From Cenococcum geophilum (lineage: Eukaryota), in NCBI GenBank assembly GCA_050273025.1, contig CP158635.1, forward strand, positions 33,108,001-33,172,000: a stretch of DNA of 64,000 nt. The letters run 5' to 3'. The notes beneath the pieces were generated by a model. It was not told the DNA's origin. It was given only the letters and a program-made list of their open reading frames with translations, and made no database searches. The translations under genes were made by a program, and so were the position numbers. This document shows positions 38,628 through 51,753 of the stretch, in pieces; the stretch's first letter is position 1; every line of letters begins with the position of its first letter.

Positions 38628-41600
38628 TGTTACGGACGCTTTAAGTACAATGCTACGACTACTTAGAGAGGAGTCGAAAGAAGCTAGTTAGTTAATAAGA
38701 GCACAGTCTAGGATAGAGCCGGTAGAACCATATAACAAGAGATAGTAAGCAAGTCACATAATATTATATGCAGTGTACACAGTGTATAAAGGGAACGTAC
38801 GTATAATACGTATAACACGTATATTATATATAAGAAGGATTTCCTAGGAGTATGGTTATGTATTTAAAGGACCACAGTCCCTACTCTAGATAGTTTCTTT
38901 CCTTGTAATAATTCTTAGAATATAATTAGAGTTAATCTATTAGGCAACCACTCTACCAGTTATTATTACGTTATTAACTTTAATTTGTATTACCTATATA
39001 CCTAGCCTATTAACGAGCCTATTATAGTACTTGCTACAAGGTTCCGTTATATAATTACTACCTAGTTACGGTAGTAAATACAGAAAGTCGAACAATATAC
39101 TACTAAAAGTAGCCACTATAACGCTATTAACGGCGGCAACTACTTTAAGGTTAAGAGGTAACACCAATATAGTAGATACTGACTTACAATAACCTGTAAC
39201 GGTTAGATAACTATAAGAGATAGTTGACTAGTTAATAGAAAATAATGCGATATTTAAATAACGGATTAACGGGATAGGGGTAGTAAAGATTAAGTTACCT
39301 TTAATTAAGAGATTCTTAGGGGAGAGATTAAAGCTTAAAGGATTCCTTATATAAATGCACTTTAAGGTTACGTAAAAAGGAGTAAAACTACTAATACCTA
39401 TAGATTAAATAGTATATACAGGACTATTCCTATTAGAAAGGGCACTTAAGTAGTTTAAGCCTTACTTTATAGAAATACAGGCGAATAGAATGACAACTAT
39501 TAACTAAAAGGTGCGGTTTATATTCTTAAGTTAGGAGGGGTTTATAGAGCAACTTATATAAATATTTAGAGACCTAGAGGCGGTAACTATAGCGGAAAGA
39601 AAACTCTAAGATATTACGTAATAAACCTTAGTAATTGAGTATATAATATAGTTCTAAGCGCTAGCTATATAAGTTAAGTGGAATAATAAGGCGCTTATGG
39701 CACAGTATAAATAGGGACTTAAGGTAAAAGTTTAGGATGTAATTATCCTAATAGAAGATGCGGATACTCTAAGGGATTTAATAGATTAAGCGATTAAGAT
39801 TAATAATTAGATCTACTAAAGAGAATAGGCTAAAAAAGGCTAGGATAGAGTTTTATAGTTATATAAGACGCAGAATACGTAACAACTAAAGCTAAGTTAA
39901 AAACTATAGTATAGCGCAGAGCTAATAGACCTAAGCGGTACTAAAGAAACCTATAAGAGATAAAGTAAGAAACTATAAAAACCTAGAGGTTAAGGATCTA
40001 GTAATTATAGGACTAAGGAGTAGAGGCTAAACTAGGGATCTTAGTAGTAGAAGATATTTAGGCGGACTCTATAATAAAGTTAGTGGTTTAAAGATAGAGC
40101 TTATATAAATTATAGGAAATAAGGTTACTTCGCAAGGGATTATAAAGATAGTTAGAGTTACTATATAATAAAGGGAACTAGACTAGTAGAAGACACACAC
40201 GTATAAAGGGATAATAATATACTGCAAGGAACAAAAGAGTATTTAATTAAAAGTTTCGCGTTTTGTTATAATAACATATACTAAATTTATAAAGACGCTA
40301 AGTATAGTGTAAGCTATTGGCTATAAGAGCTAAACCCTATAGAGTGTAGAGGAACTAACAAACTATTACGTAGATTAGATATTAAAGATAATAAGTTTAA
40401 TATAGGCGAAACATTTACAGACGATAAGGTAATAAAGGCAGCTTACTAGGAGCGTATAAACCTTAAAGAAGTTATAATAGAAGTAGAAACTAAGACCGCT
40501 ATAAAGCAAGGTTTAGTAACGGGAGTTATAACACCATTAGATACGGCATCTATCGCTTTATAAGATAAAAGAAAGAGTATTTTACAGAAATTAAGTAAGC
40601 AGACGACTGCTAGTGCTAATTCATTACTTAATAAAGGTAAAAGGCTAAAGGCTTAAGATTTTTAAGACGAGATAAGAAACGACTAAGATTCTTAAGATAA
40701 GATAAACAAGATTTAAGACTTTTAAGAAGAGATAAGAACACCTAAGCCTAGTTAGACTAAGGTAGGAGCTAAGCTTAAGATAGAGGTAAGCTTAGGATTA
40801 AGAATCTTATAAAACTAAGATTTCGACGTATAAATAAGAACTATTAACAAGATTAAGAAGTAAGAAGACTTTAAAGATCTACTTATAAGACGCGAAAGGA
40901 AAGAAACTATAGAGGAATTTAGGGCAAGAATTACCTTATGGCAAGAGCAGAAACTAGATAAGAGATTTAGTATACTAGGTCGTATAAGGGACAGAGCATC
41001 CGTATAAAAAATCACTAATAGACCTAGAATAGGTATATTAAGAGCTAAGTGGCTTACTAAACTAAGACAAGAAGAGGATCTAGGGATTTTAACTAGGTTT
41101 AAAGAACGATATATAAAGGGCTGTTATAACGTAGTAATAAAGAGATACTTTCTTATAGAGGAGCCGTATATACTTAAAGGATTATACTAAAAGTGATATA
41201 GGCAACGACATAATAATAAGTAGGAAGATTTCTATATATAGTTAGATAAAAAAGTTATCTAAGACTACCTAATTATAGAAAAGGCTATAACTTATATTAA
41301 AGGAGCCTTAATTATAATATTAAAGGATTTAGAGGAGTAATTAGAGGACTAGAGAAGTAAGAGGCAAATCTTAGTACCTATAAACGAAGTCACAACGCTT
41401 AGATTAACATAAGAAAGGTTTAAACTTAAGGATAAAGATAAGCTAAGAGTTAACCTAAAACACTAAGTATATTATATATTGGTATAGATTATATGCGTAA
41501 ATAATATATGTAACATATATAGAGCACCTAAGGATAGGAACTAGAAGTACCTAGTAAGGATATATTAGGCACCGGATAAGGCGAAATATTAAAACGCTAA

Positions 41601-44600
41601 GTATATATATAGTTGGCACCCTATAGAAGTTTAAGGATAAGGGGACTTAACGCTTTAACCAGGAAGATTTCTTATAGAAAAATACCTAAACAGACAATAA
41701 TAGTGGGAGTATCTAAAAAACACCTATTTATAGTATATTAAAGACAAAAAGCGAACTAAGTATTAGCTAAAAGTAGACTAAGTATAAACAGGATTAAGCA
41801 GCTAATAATTAGGAAAAGTAGAGGCCTACGGGACTAGGGGAAACTAGTGGTAGAACCTTAGACCCTTAAAGGAATTTAAGGTCGATACCTAAATTTATAA
41901 ATTAAATAGCAAGATTAGTAGTTTAAGGCATTAATAGATAGTGGGGCAATAAGAAACTATATCTCGCTAGCAGTAATTAAAAGAATGGGGTTACTATATA
42001 GGAAAAGAAAGCATTCTTACCTATTAGTAATAATTTTAGGAGATTTAATAGCCTATAGAGGGGGCATTATTAATCTTAAAATAGGACCTATTTAGTTAAC
42101 CATTAAAGGAAGATAAGTTAAGATGTCTTTCGACATATTACTATTAGGGGATAATAAGGTAGTACTAGGAATGCCTTAGTTACAGGAATACAATCTAAAG
42201 ATTAATTGGGTTATAGGTTAAGTCAATATTAAAAATACTTAATAACGCAAGATATAACAATAAGCTAAGTTGGTATAGTACTAAGTAGAAGCGACCTATA
42301 AAGAAATAGAGAAAGGGTTAAGCTATATACTAAAGAGATACTATAAGTATAGTAAGAAACTATAGTTACTAAAAAGTAAAAAGCTGTTAAAGTATATAGT
42401 ATAGGACTATAAGATAGAATTAGAACTAGAAATAAGTCTAAGGTTCTTTCCAATCTATAAGCTTACCGAAAAAGATAATAAAGTACTAAAAGAGTTTATC
42501 TAAGAGAACTTATAAAAGGGATATATTAAACCATCGTAATTATTAGTGGGTTATCCAGTACTATTTATACTAAAGAAAAACGGTAAATTAAGGCTGTATA
42601 TTAACTATAGATAGTTAAATAGTATCACCAGAAAGGATAGATATCCTTTACCCTTAATTAGCAAAATCTAAGATAGGATAGGTAATGCGTAAATCTTTAC
42701 GAAGATAGATCTAAGATAGGCATATTATTAGATTAGAATTAAGGAAGGCGATAAATAAAAGGCAGCCTTTAGGTTAAAGGAAGGACTATATAAACCATTA
42801 GTTATGCAATTTAGGCTTATAAACGCACTAGTGACGTTTTAGAAGCGAATTAACAATGTATTAGAAGAACACTTAGATAAATTTGTTATAGTATATCTTA
42901 ACGATATTATTATCTACTCTATAACTAAGGAAGAATATAGAGAATATATTAAATAGGTTTTAAGGAGACTATAAGAAAAACAGATACTAGTAGTAATTAA
43001 GAAATATAAGTTTTTCACCAGGAAGACCGATTTCGTAGAATTTATTATTAAACTAGGCTAACTTAGTATAGATATAAAAAAGATTAAGGCTATAGTGAAT
43101 TAGTAAGAACTAGAGAACGTTATATAGTTAAAATCGTTCTTAGGGTTTTATAATTACTGTAGAAGGTTTATAGCGCAATAGTTAAAGAATACTAAGCTAT
43201 TTACGCGATTAACGAAGAAAGAAGAACTATAGATATAGGGAAAGGAATAATAAGAACTATTTAGAGAAGTTAAAAGGTTGTTTACCTAGGAGCTAGTCCT
43301 TAAAATCTATTAACTAAGACTAGAGACGGTTGTAGAAACAAATATATTAGACTTTACACTAGGGGTATACTTTATGCAAAAGTATCCAGATAGATAGTAC
43401 CTAGTAGTATACTATAGTTAGAAGATAATACTACTAGAACTAAACTATAACATCTATAATAAGGAGTTATTAGGTATAGTTACAGCACTAAAAAAATAGA
43501 GAGCATTCTTATAAGGTATAGAAAAACTATTTATAGTTAAGACGGATTATAAAAACCTAATAGGATTCCTAATAATAAAGGAACTTAATTAAAGATAGGT
43601 TAGATGGGTAGAGATGCTTATAAAATACCATTTTAAAATTTAGTATACTAAGGGTATAGATAATATATAAGCCGATGCGTTAAGTTAAAAGGCTAAACTA
43701 TAAAATAATGAAAAGCTATTAGGGGCTTTACTGCGAAAAGATATAAATGGACTAATTAGATACAATTATCTAAAAATTATAGCAACTTATAAAGAACTAG
43801 AGAGAGTTTATAAGACATTAAAAAGCTTTTAGGTATAAAGAATTCTAAAAGCATAGCTAGAAGATCTATAGATGGATATATATAAAAGCTAAGAAGCTAA
43901 GTATATCCTAAGAAGTATAGTAGAGCACTTTATGGAAGACTTCTATAAGGGACTAACTTAAGGATATAACAGAGCCATAGGCTTAGTATTAAGACTCTAA
44001 AAGGAGTATATTATTAACGGAATCTAGGGTATAGCATAAAAAGTTATAAAGGAGTGTCTAGATTGCTAAAGAAATAAACTAATAAGGTATAAGCTATATA
44101 GAGGGCTATAACCTATTAAAATACTAAAGAGACTATAGGAGGTTATATTATAGGACTTTATTATTAAGTTGCTAAAATTAAGAGATCCTATTACAGGATA
44201 AGACTATAACGTAATTTTAGTAATAGTAGATAAGCTTATAAAGTAGGGATACTTTATAGCCTATACGGAAGAAATCTCAGCGGAAGATATTACTAGAATC
44301 TATATAAAAGAAGTGTTTGCAAGATATAGACCACTAAGTAAAATTATATTAGATAGGGATTTAAGATTTATAGTAGTATTCTAGAAAGTATTCTTAGCGG
44401 AGTAAGGAGTTTAAGCAGTAACTTTTACTACATACTATCCGCAGATAGACGGTTAAATAGAAAGATTAAATTAGACACTAGAATAGTATCTAAAACACTA
44501 TATTAATTACGCATAGAATAATTAGGTATCGCTATTACTAATTATACAGTTTATATATAATATAACACCTTAAGAGGGAATAGGCACGTTACTATTTAAG

Positions 44601-46347
44601 GCAAATTACGGATATAAGCTAAGAATATTACTATCGCTACGTTAAGTAAAGAAGATAAGTAGTATAGCTAAGTAAAGAATAGAGACTTTAATAAATCTTT
44701 ATAAAAACCTTATAGAAACAGCTAAGGTAGTATAGTAAAGAATAAAGAAATACTATAATGCTAAGAGATTTAAGGGACTAGATCTTAAGGAGGGGGATAA
44801 AGTCTAGCTACTATATAAAAATTTTAAGAGTTAATAACTAAGTAAGAAGTTAGACTATGTTAGACTAGGACCTTTTAAAATTATATAAAAGATTTTACTA
44901 GTTACGTTTAAGTTAAACCTACTAGCTAAAATAAAAATCTACCTAGTATAGTATATTGTAATGCTAAAGCTAGTATATAGGAATATTAAGCTACTAATTT
45001 ACGAAGTAGATACGTATAGAGGGTAAGAAGAGGATAAATAGCAAGTTTTAAAGATTGTTAGTTATAAGGATATTGACAATAAAATATAGTATAAGGTAAA
45101 GTGGATAGGCTATAATAAGACTACCTAGGAACTACTAGAGAACCTAAAAAACGCTATAAGAAAGGTATAGAAGTATTAAAAGAAAATAAGTTAGGCAATA
45201 TTAATAAGAAAGGATCGCTAAAGAATAAGTTATCTAAGGGGGACCTAAGAAGAGCAACTGCTAAACTATTTAGAGTTGTTTCCTTTATTAGAAGAGAGTT
45301 AGTTCTCTTATTACTAAGTTCCTATAGACCTTATTTTATAAGCTTCTACTCCTTAAAACGGACCTTTTTACAAACTTTTTTAAGATAAAGAAGATAGGTA
45401 GACGCTATAATCTAAGCATTTAGGGCCTTCTGTTCCGTATTATAAAAACGCTTAAATTTAGTAAGAGCCTATAATAGCTCGCTATTAAGCTTTATAGCGG
45501 CAAATTAAATACAAAACCCTATAATAAATTACTTAAGGAACTTAATAACTATTAAGAGTAATAGGATATATATACTTAGCGTTAAAAATAAAGCGAACGT
45601 TATAGAACGAATAAATATTTACTTTAGTACACTCTAAATATAAAGAGGGTTGCTAAGAGGAGGGACTTACTAACGTAATATAAACTAACCCCTCTTTTAT
45701 ATAATAAGAATATAGAGACGGCATTATTTTACTAAGTAATAGTATACTAGTAACGGTATAAGTATAACGCTGCGCTTATAAAGATAAAGGAGGTTTAGAA
45801 ACCTTAAAAGATATAATAAATAACAATATTAACTAAATTAATTAGATGGATATTATACCTCTAGTAAACGACTTAAAGATATTAGGAATCTTTAAGGATG
45901 AAGATAAAAAAAAAGGAAGATAGTGTTACGAACGCTTTAAGTACAATACTATAACTACTTAGAGAGGGGTTAGAAGAAGCTAGTTAGTTAATAAGAGCAC
46001 AGTCTAAGATAGAGCCAGTAGAACTATATAATAAGAGATAGTAAGCGAGTTATATAATGTTATACGCAGTATACGCAGTATATAAAGGGAATGTACGTAT
46101 AATATGTATAACACGTATATTACGTATAAGAAGGATTTCTTAAGAGTATAGTTGTGTGTTTGGGGGACTACAGTCCCTACTCTAGATAGTTCCTTTCCTT
46201 ATAGTGATTCTTAGAATATAATTAGAGTTAATCTATTAGGCAACCACTCCACCAGTTATTATTACGTTGTTAACTTTAATTTGCATTACCTATACACCTA
46301 GCCTATTAATGAGCCTATCGTAGTACTTGCTACAAGGTTCCGTTACA
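38628..46347 (+). mobile_element. Ty3/Gypsy chromovirus family C with long gag and extra 3' antisense ORF
   Basis: 424 bp LTRs 38628-39051 and 45924-46347, TSD GGTTG/GGTTA; protease LIDSGA ~41935, RT VYLNDIIIY ~42890, slippery GGGAAAC 41838-41844 before gag stop. Confidence 0.95.
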
Positions 46348-49300
46348 GGTTATCCTTCTAGTTTATTAGTTTAGTGTATTATCTAATATTCCTAGCCCTC
46401 CTTTATAGCTGTATTAGGCCTAGGTTCTCTATAGGGGACTTAGCTAGGTCACTACTAACTTCCTAAGTCTTTAGTGTGGGTGGCGTAATATAAGCAGTCT
46501 GGGGGCGGCGTAGTATATAAATCTATTACGGATTAAGCTATATATCCTTTTTAAAAGCCTAGTCCTTATACATTATATTAGCCTAGTAAACAGTATTTAT
46601 CTACAGCCGTATAAGGCTTTCTATTATAATACTAATTTCTTTTATAAGGGAAGGCGTTAAAGGTATAGTTTTAGGCTAAACAAGCCGTCTATTCCGTATG
46701 TTAAGCTATAAGCCTAAATAGGCTAGCTATTTCCTCCCTAAGATTATATTATAGCTTCTAAGGTCTATAATAAGGAAGGGGATATTATACTACCTTTATC
46801 TATTAACGTGGAGGTATATTTATAAAATACTTATAATAGGTTGCCCTACCTATCCGTTATACCCGTAAATAGGAATTAGTTTAGGCAGATCTTCTATAAG
46901 TACATTAAAAAGGTTAGCTAGCTTTGCGGTATACTGGGTGTCTATTAAGGTAAAGGTATTTACTTTAGAGTTAGCTAAGGCAGAGGTTAAAACTTAATAT
47001 CTATTGCGAAATAAAGTATAAAGAATAGTGCAGCTTTTTCCACTAATTAGCTATCCTAGATTAACGTATAATATATTAATCCCTTTTAACTCTAAAGAGG
47101 AGTCTCTCTTTAGGGTTCCTCTTTTTCTAGCTCTATATTATCCTCCTAGATTAATAAAACCTTATCCACTTTTACTTTTATTGGGCAGTCTCTTATAAAG
47201 TAGTTTTTCTAGCTATATAAGAAGCAAGCCCCTTAGTTGCTAAGGGCCTATATATAGGGGTTGCTATAGGTAGGCTAAGTAAACGCTTAGCCTATAGTAG
47301 GGCTAGCTATATAGCTAGTTACTAGGTTAGCGGCCGGCTGTATAGCTAGCGCGGCAGGTGTTATAGGTTATACTAGGGCATTACGGGCTGTTCTTATATT
47401 GCTTATAGCTTAATTTAAGGGATTCCTAGCCTTTATCTAATTGGTATATGCCTTAATTTAATAGAGGCCTTGGTTAATAGCTAGGCAGTAATCTATAAGT
47501 TCTTTTAACGTCTATATAGTAGTAAAAACTAGTAGTACGGCCCGCTGTAAGTCTAAGGTAAGCTTATTAAAGAGGTCTAGCAGTAAGTCCCCCTGGGGGA
47601 TTTAGGCCTGGCTAGCTAAATATAAAAAGCAGGTCTAAAAGGCTAAAAAGGTCTCCGTCGTTTTTATATTTAGACCTTTATAATTAAAGTGGGCGTTCTA
47701 TACCCTAAAAGGGTCCTTATAAATAGAAGACAAATAGTTAATTATCTCTTCTCTAGAGAGAAAGGGGTTTATTAAGTCCTAGGCGTACCGCGGACGTAGA
47801 TACGTCTATATATCTCTATCAGTACGCCTAAAGACGTAGGCTATTTTAGCTTAAATAGTAGGGAAGTAGTCTGCATTAACTTTAAGCTTATTCTATAATT
47901 AAAGCTTCCAATTATTAAATATAGGGTTAGTTCTATCTGTAAGCAATAGGGGTCCGCAGCCTTTATAGACCGCGATAATGCTAATACTATACATTAGGCT
48001 AAGGCTTTAAGGACTATAGCAAGTTTATCTAATAGGTTATCGCTAAATGTAGGGGTGTCTCTAGTTTTAAGCAGTTCTTATAGCCATTTAATTTTGGTAT
48101 TAGCTGCCGCAAGTTCCGCCTAGGGGGTTAAAACATTAATTATTTCTTTATCTAAGGTGTTTGCGGGTCCTATAGCTGCTTTACCTACTACTGTGTTTTA
48201 TACCATAGTAGTAGGGGTATTAGGTAATTCTGGGTAATTTCTTTAGGGGGTCTGGTCTATATATGTCTTATAGGTCCTTTCTTTAGGGTTTTATCCTTTT
48301 CCTTTTAGTCCTGTCCTATAGTCCTTAAGGTCCTATTTTTTATCCTTATAGATATTTTTTAAGTCCCTTCTTAAAAAGAAAGGGTGGTTTAAGCTTTAGA
48401 TAATGTTAGCGACTTAGTTAATTAAGGTATAAGTACGGTTAGAGGGACGCGCAAGCCTGTATAATTGGATTGTCTATAAACAAATTTTTAAAGCTAAAGA
48501 AAAGAAAAGGAAAAGATAAGTAGCAACGCAAGGAGTTATATACAATCCCTAGTCACATAAGAGTTAAGTAAGCTCTATGTCTACTATAACTGCCGCTTTC
48601 TACTAGTGCCGTAACATCCTTACTATAAAGAAGCGTCCTCTAAAACTTAGCTAATACTAATATAAAAACTTCCTTACCTAATACCTAGAGCTTAAAGTTT
48701 AATTTACCTAAGGCTTTAATTAAAAGTAAAAGGATATTAAAGATCTAGAAATTATTAAAAAGTGGTTTAATCTTTATAAAGCTACTATTACTAAATATAT
48801 AATTCCCCTAGGTAATTAATATAATATAAATAAGAAAGGAAATATAATAAGGTTAGGTAATAAGGTTAAGGTGCTTATTCCTTAATTAGAGGCTTAAGCC
48901 TTTATTATAAAGCTAGGTAATTATAATTAGGTATCTATTATTAAGTCTATATTCGGAAGTTAATATTAATTACCTCCCTACTTTATCTTTTAGGGGAAGC
49001 AAATATAATAATTTTAGATATTACCTAGACTTAATCGCAAGACAGTAATTTAAGTAAGCAATTTAGGGTGGATAAATTTAGATATTATAGTTAATTAGTT
49101 AAAATACTTTAACTAATATACGGAGCCATACCTTTAAGGAATCTATTACTTATTAATTCTTAATAAATATGAAAGCCATATATTAATGTAGTTTGTTAAG
49201 TATTGCGAGGCTTATAAAATTATCTCTCTCTATTTACCACCTTATTTAACACACCTACTTTAACCCCTAGATATTAATATATTTAGCCCCTTATTAAAAG

Positions 49301-49378
49301 CCTATTAAAAGCGCCTTTATAACTTTACCTTTTATAAAGCTATTAATATTACTAAGCCTAAGTTTTTTAAGTATTACC

Positions 49379-49534
49379 TATAAAGGCTTAGTTAAAAGAA
49401 CAGAATCTATTAGTAGCCAGTAAATAAGAATTCTAAGAAAGGTTTAAAAGAAGGTTAAGGAAAGAGTATATCTATATACATGGCGCCAAGGCTTATCCAA
49501 GCCCCTAACTAGGGTTTATAATAGTGCTATAATA
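49379..49534. mobile_element. Solo LTR (156 bp) in Fot1 transposase
   Basis: TSD TTACC; removal restores the transposase frame FKYYQAA. Confidence 0.75.
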
Positions 49535-49988
49535 TTACCAAGCTGCATAATATAAAGCTATATTATTAACTAATATAGTAAGTATATAGTGAGCAACTGG
49601 CCTTCTACCATTTAATCCTTTAGTTATTTTAAAAAAGATTTAGCTAATAGCTCCTTCCTATATAAGCTTTATAGGTAAGAATAGCCACCAATTTAATATA
49701 CCTGTATCTCCTTTTATAGAGGAAAGACTTACTAAAATATTTAAGCAGCTCTTGCAAGATGCATTACCCCTATATTCTTAAGTTATGCATAATATTTAGC
49801 AGTTTATATTAAGTATAGTAGCTAATAATATAATCCTTAAGCGAATAAAATAGGAGCTTTTTAAAAGATAGAAAAAGGAGCGTTATAATAAGACAAAAGC
49901 TACCTATAAGAAGGTTTGAGTTTTATTAGTAGTAGAGGTATAAAAAAAGAAGAATAAAAAGCTTTAAAAGGAGTAGAAAGAGAAGAGG

Positions 49989-50203
49989 TATAAGGGGACT
50001 TTATAGATAGGAGGCTAAGGACACAATTGTAGAATAGGATAGATTGGTAAGAGAGACGAATCCTTAAAGAGATAAGGTCTCTAGAATTGTGAAGACTATA
50101 TATTATGGGCATATACCTCTAGTATGTAACTAATAGACGTCTAAGGGGTGTCTAAGGGTTATCCTAAGGGCAACCTAAGGTGACCGCAATAATATCCCTT
50201 ATA
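49989..50203 (-). mobile_element. Solo LTR (215 bp)
   Basis: TATAAGGG...CCCTTATA termini, TSD AGAGG, homologous to 24149-24341. Confidence 0.82.
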
Positions 50204-51719
50204 AGAGGGTAAAGGAAAGAAAGGCTATATTATAGAGGGTTATTACCTTTATAAAGAAGGTTTGGAAGGAACTACTAATAGATTATAGTGTATTTACATA
50301 ATAGGGTAGATTTAGGTAGATTTTAGGGCTAATTTTAATATTTTAATTTTAATTTTAGTAGAAGGCTCGTGCACTATCTTAGGTAGATAGCTGTCTTGTC
50401 TAGGTAGCTAAGACGTTACATACTAAGAGCGGCAGTTACGTTAAGGTAAGCTTTTCTATCCTTAATAGATTTCTATTATTAACTTTAAGCTTTAATAGCC
50501 TAGGCCTAAGTAGCGACGTTCCTTTAATATCCTTAACTACTATATTGCCTAGGCTCTCTCTTATTTAAGCGCTAATAATAAATATTTAGGTTAAATTTAA
50601 GATTATGCTATAGCTATTTATACCGCCTATAACTCTTAGTAAGCTAGCCAGTAGTATCTAATATAAGTAAGGCTAGTATATTAAGAATAGGGTAAAGGAT
50701 GGGAGTAATAAAAAAAAGGTCGCCGTCTACTATAAGAAGGAGTTTATGTATACGCGTTAAGTTTTAAAAGAGTATAATATAATGCGTTATTAGGTAGGTT
50801 ACTCCTTAGGTATATAAGCTTTACAATATAAAAGAATTAAATAAACGACTTAATTATAAATGTAGCTCTAAAGCCTCTATATATATATATATAAGGAAGG
50901 TACTAGTAATAAGATAAAAGGGGACACTAATATATAACTGAAACGGCGTAATACGTAAGTAATATGTAGGCGATACGCAGGCGATACGTAGGTAATATGT
51001 AGGTGTTTTGGCATAGTACTAGTAGTCAGTTACATACCCCCCCAGATTTAACAGTGTAGTTAAAGCTATAGAAAAATAAAAGTTAAAACTATGCTAAAAT
51101 AGGAAATTTAGATATAATTTGGGAGTAGTAAAAGAATAGGGTAACTATAATAGATATTACAAATATCGCAAATATTGCGAATATTACGAATGGAATTAAT
51201 TGATCTAATGTTAAATATCTACCAAATTTAATTGCTTTATCTATACCTTATATCTTTAATAAGGTAGGATCTTAGTAAAGCTGCTAGTAGGCATTTTTTC
51301 TATAGGTACCTATTAAGCGTTAATCTTTTTATCTTAAACTTCCTATCTAAGCCAATACTAATAGATATTAATGTATTAAAGCTTAGTATTAACTTTTGGT
51401 ATATCCTGTCTTAGTCGGCGTATAGTCTGCATATTATTATATAGTAGGGTAAATTTATGCTCTAAATTAAAGCCAATTACCTTAAAGAAACGTTACTACT
51501 AAATAATTTTAATAGCAGCAATAGATAGGAAGAGAAGTTCTACTTTAGTAGTTAAATAAGTCACTAATTACTATAGAGTTGCCTTCTAATTAATTAGTCC
51601 TCCAAATATTATAAACATATATCCTTAAGAGCTCTATTTAGTCTCTTTATAGTTTATAAATACTATATTAGATGCTTTATAAAATATAACTTCTTCTTTT
51701 TTAGAGTTTCTAAAGTATA

Positions 51720-51722
<3 letters not shown>

Positions 51723-51753
<31 letters not shown>

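Larger units (their letters stand above)
27933..48616 (-). mobile_element. Ty3/Gypsy chromovirus family B, interrupted by two full-length Gypsy elements
   Basis: LTRs 27933-28156 and 48404-48616, TSD TCCTT; gag/protease 46350-48100, RT/RNase H 37030-38620 (AYLDNIIIY), integrase/chromodomain 28200-29930. Confidence 0.93.
25810..50416 (+). mobile_element. Fot1/pogo transposon (~1.8 kb native) expanded to 24.6 kb by nested LTR elements
   Basis: ~80 bp TIRs (GTCTTAGCCACCTAGACAAGACAGCTATCTACC...) with TA TSD; transposase runs 25917-26130, 27844-27932, 48622-~50250 across insertions (EEDSLVK*, KWFNLYKA, PLDINIFSPL, ATGLLPFNP). Confidence 0.9.
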
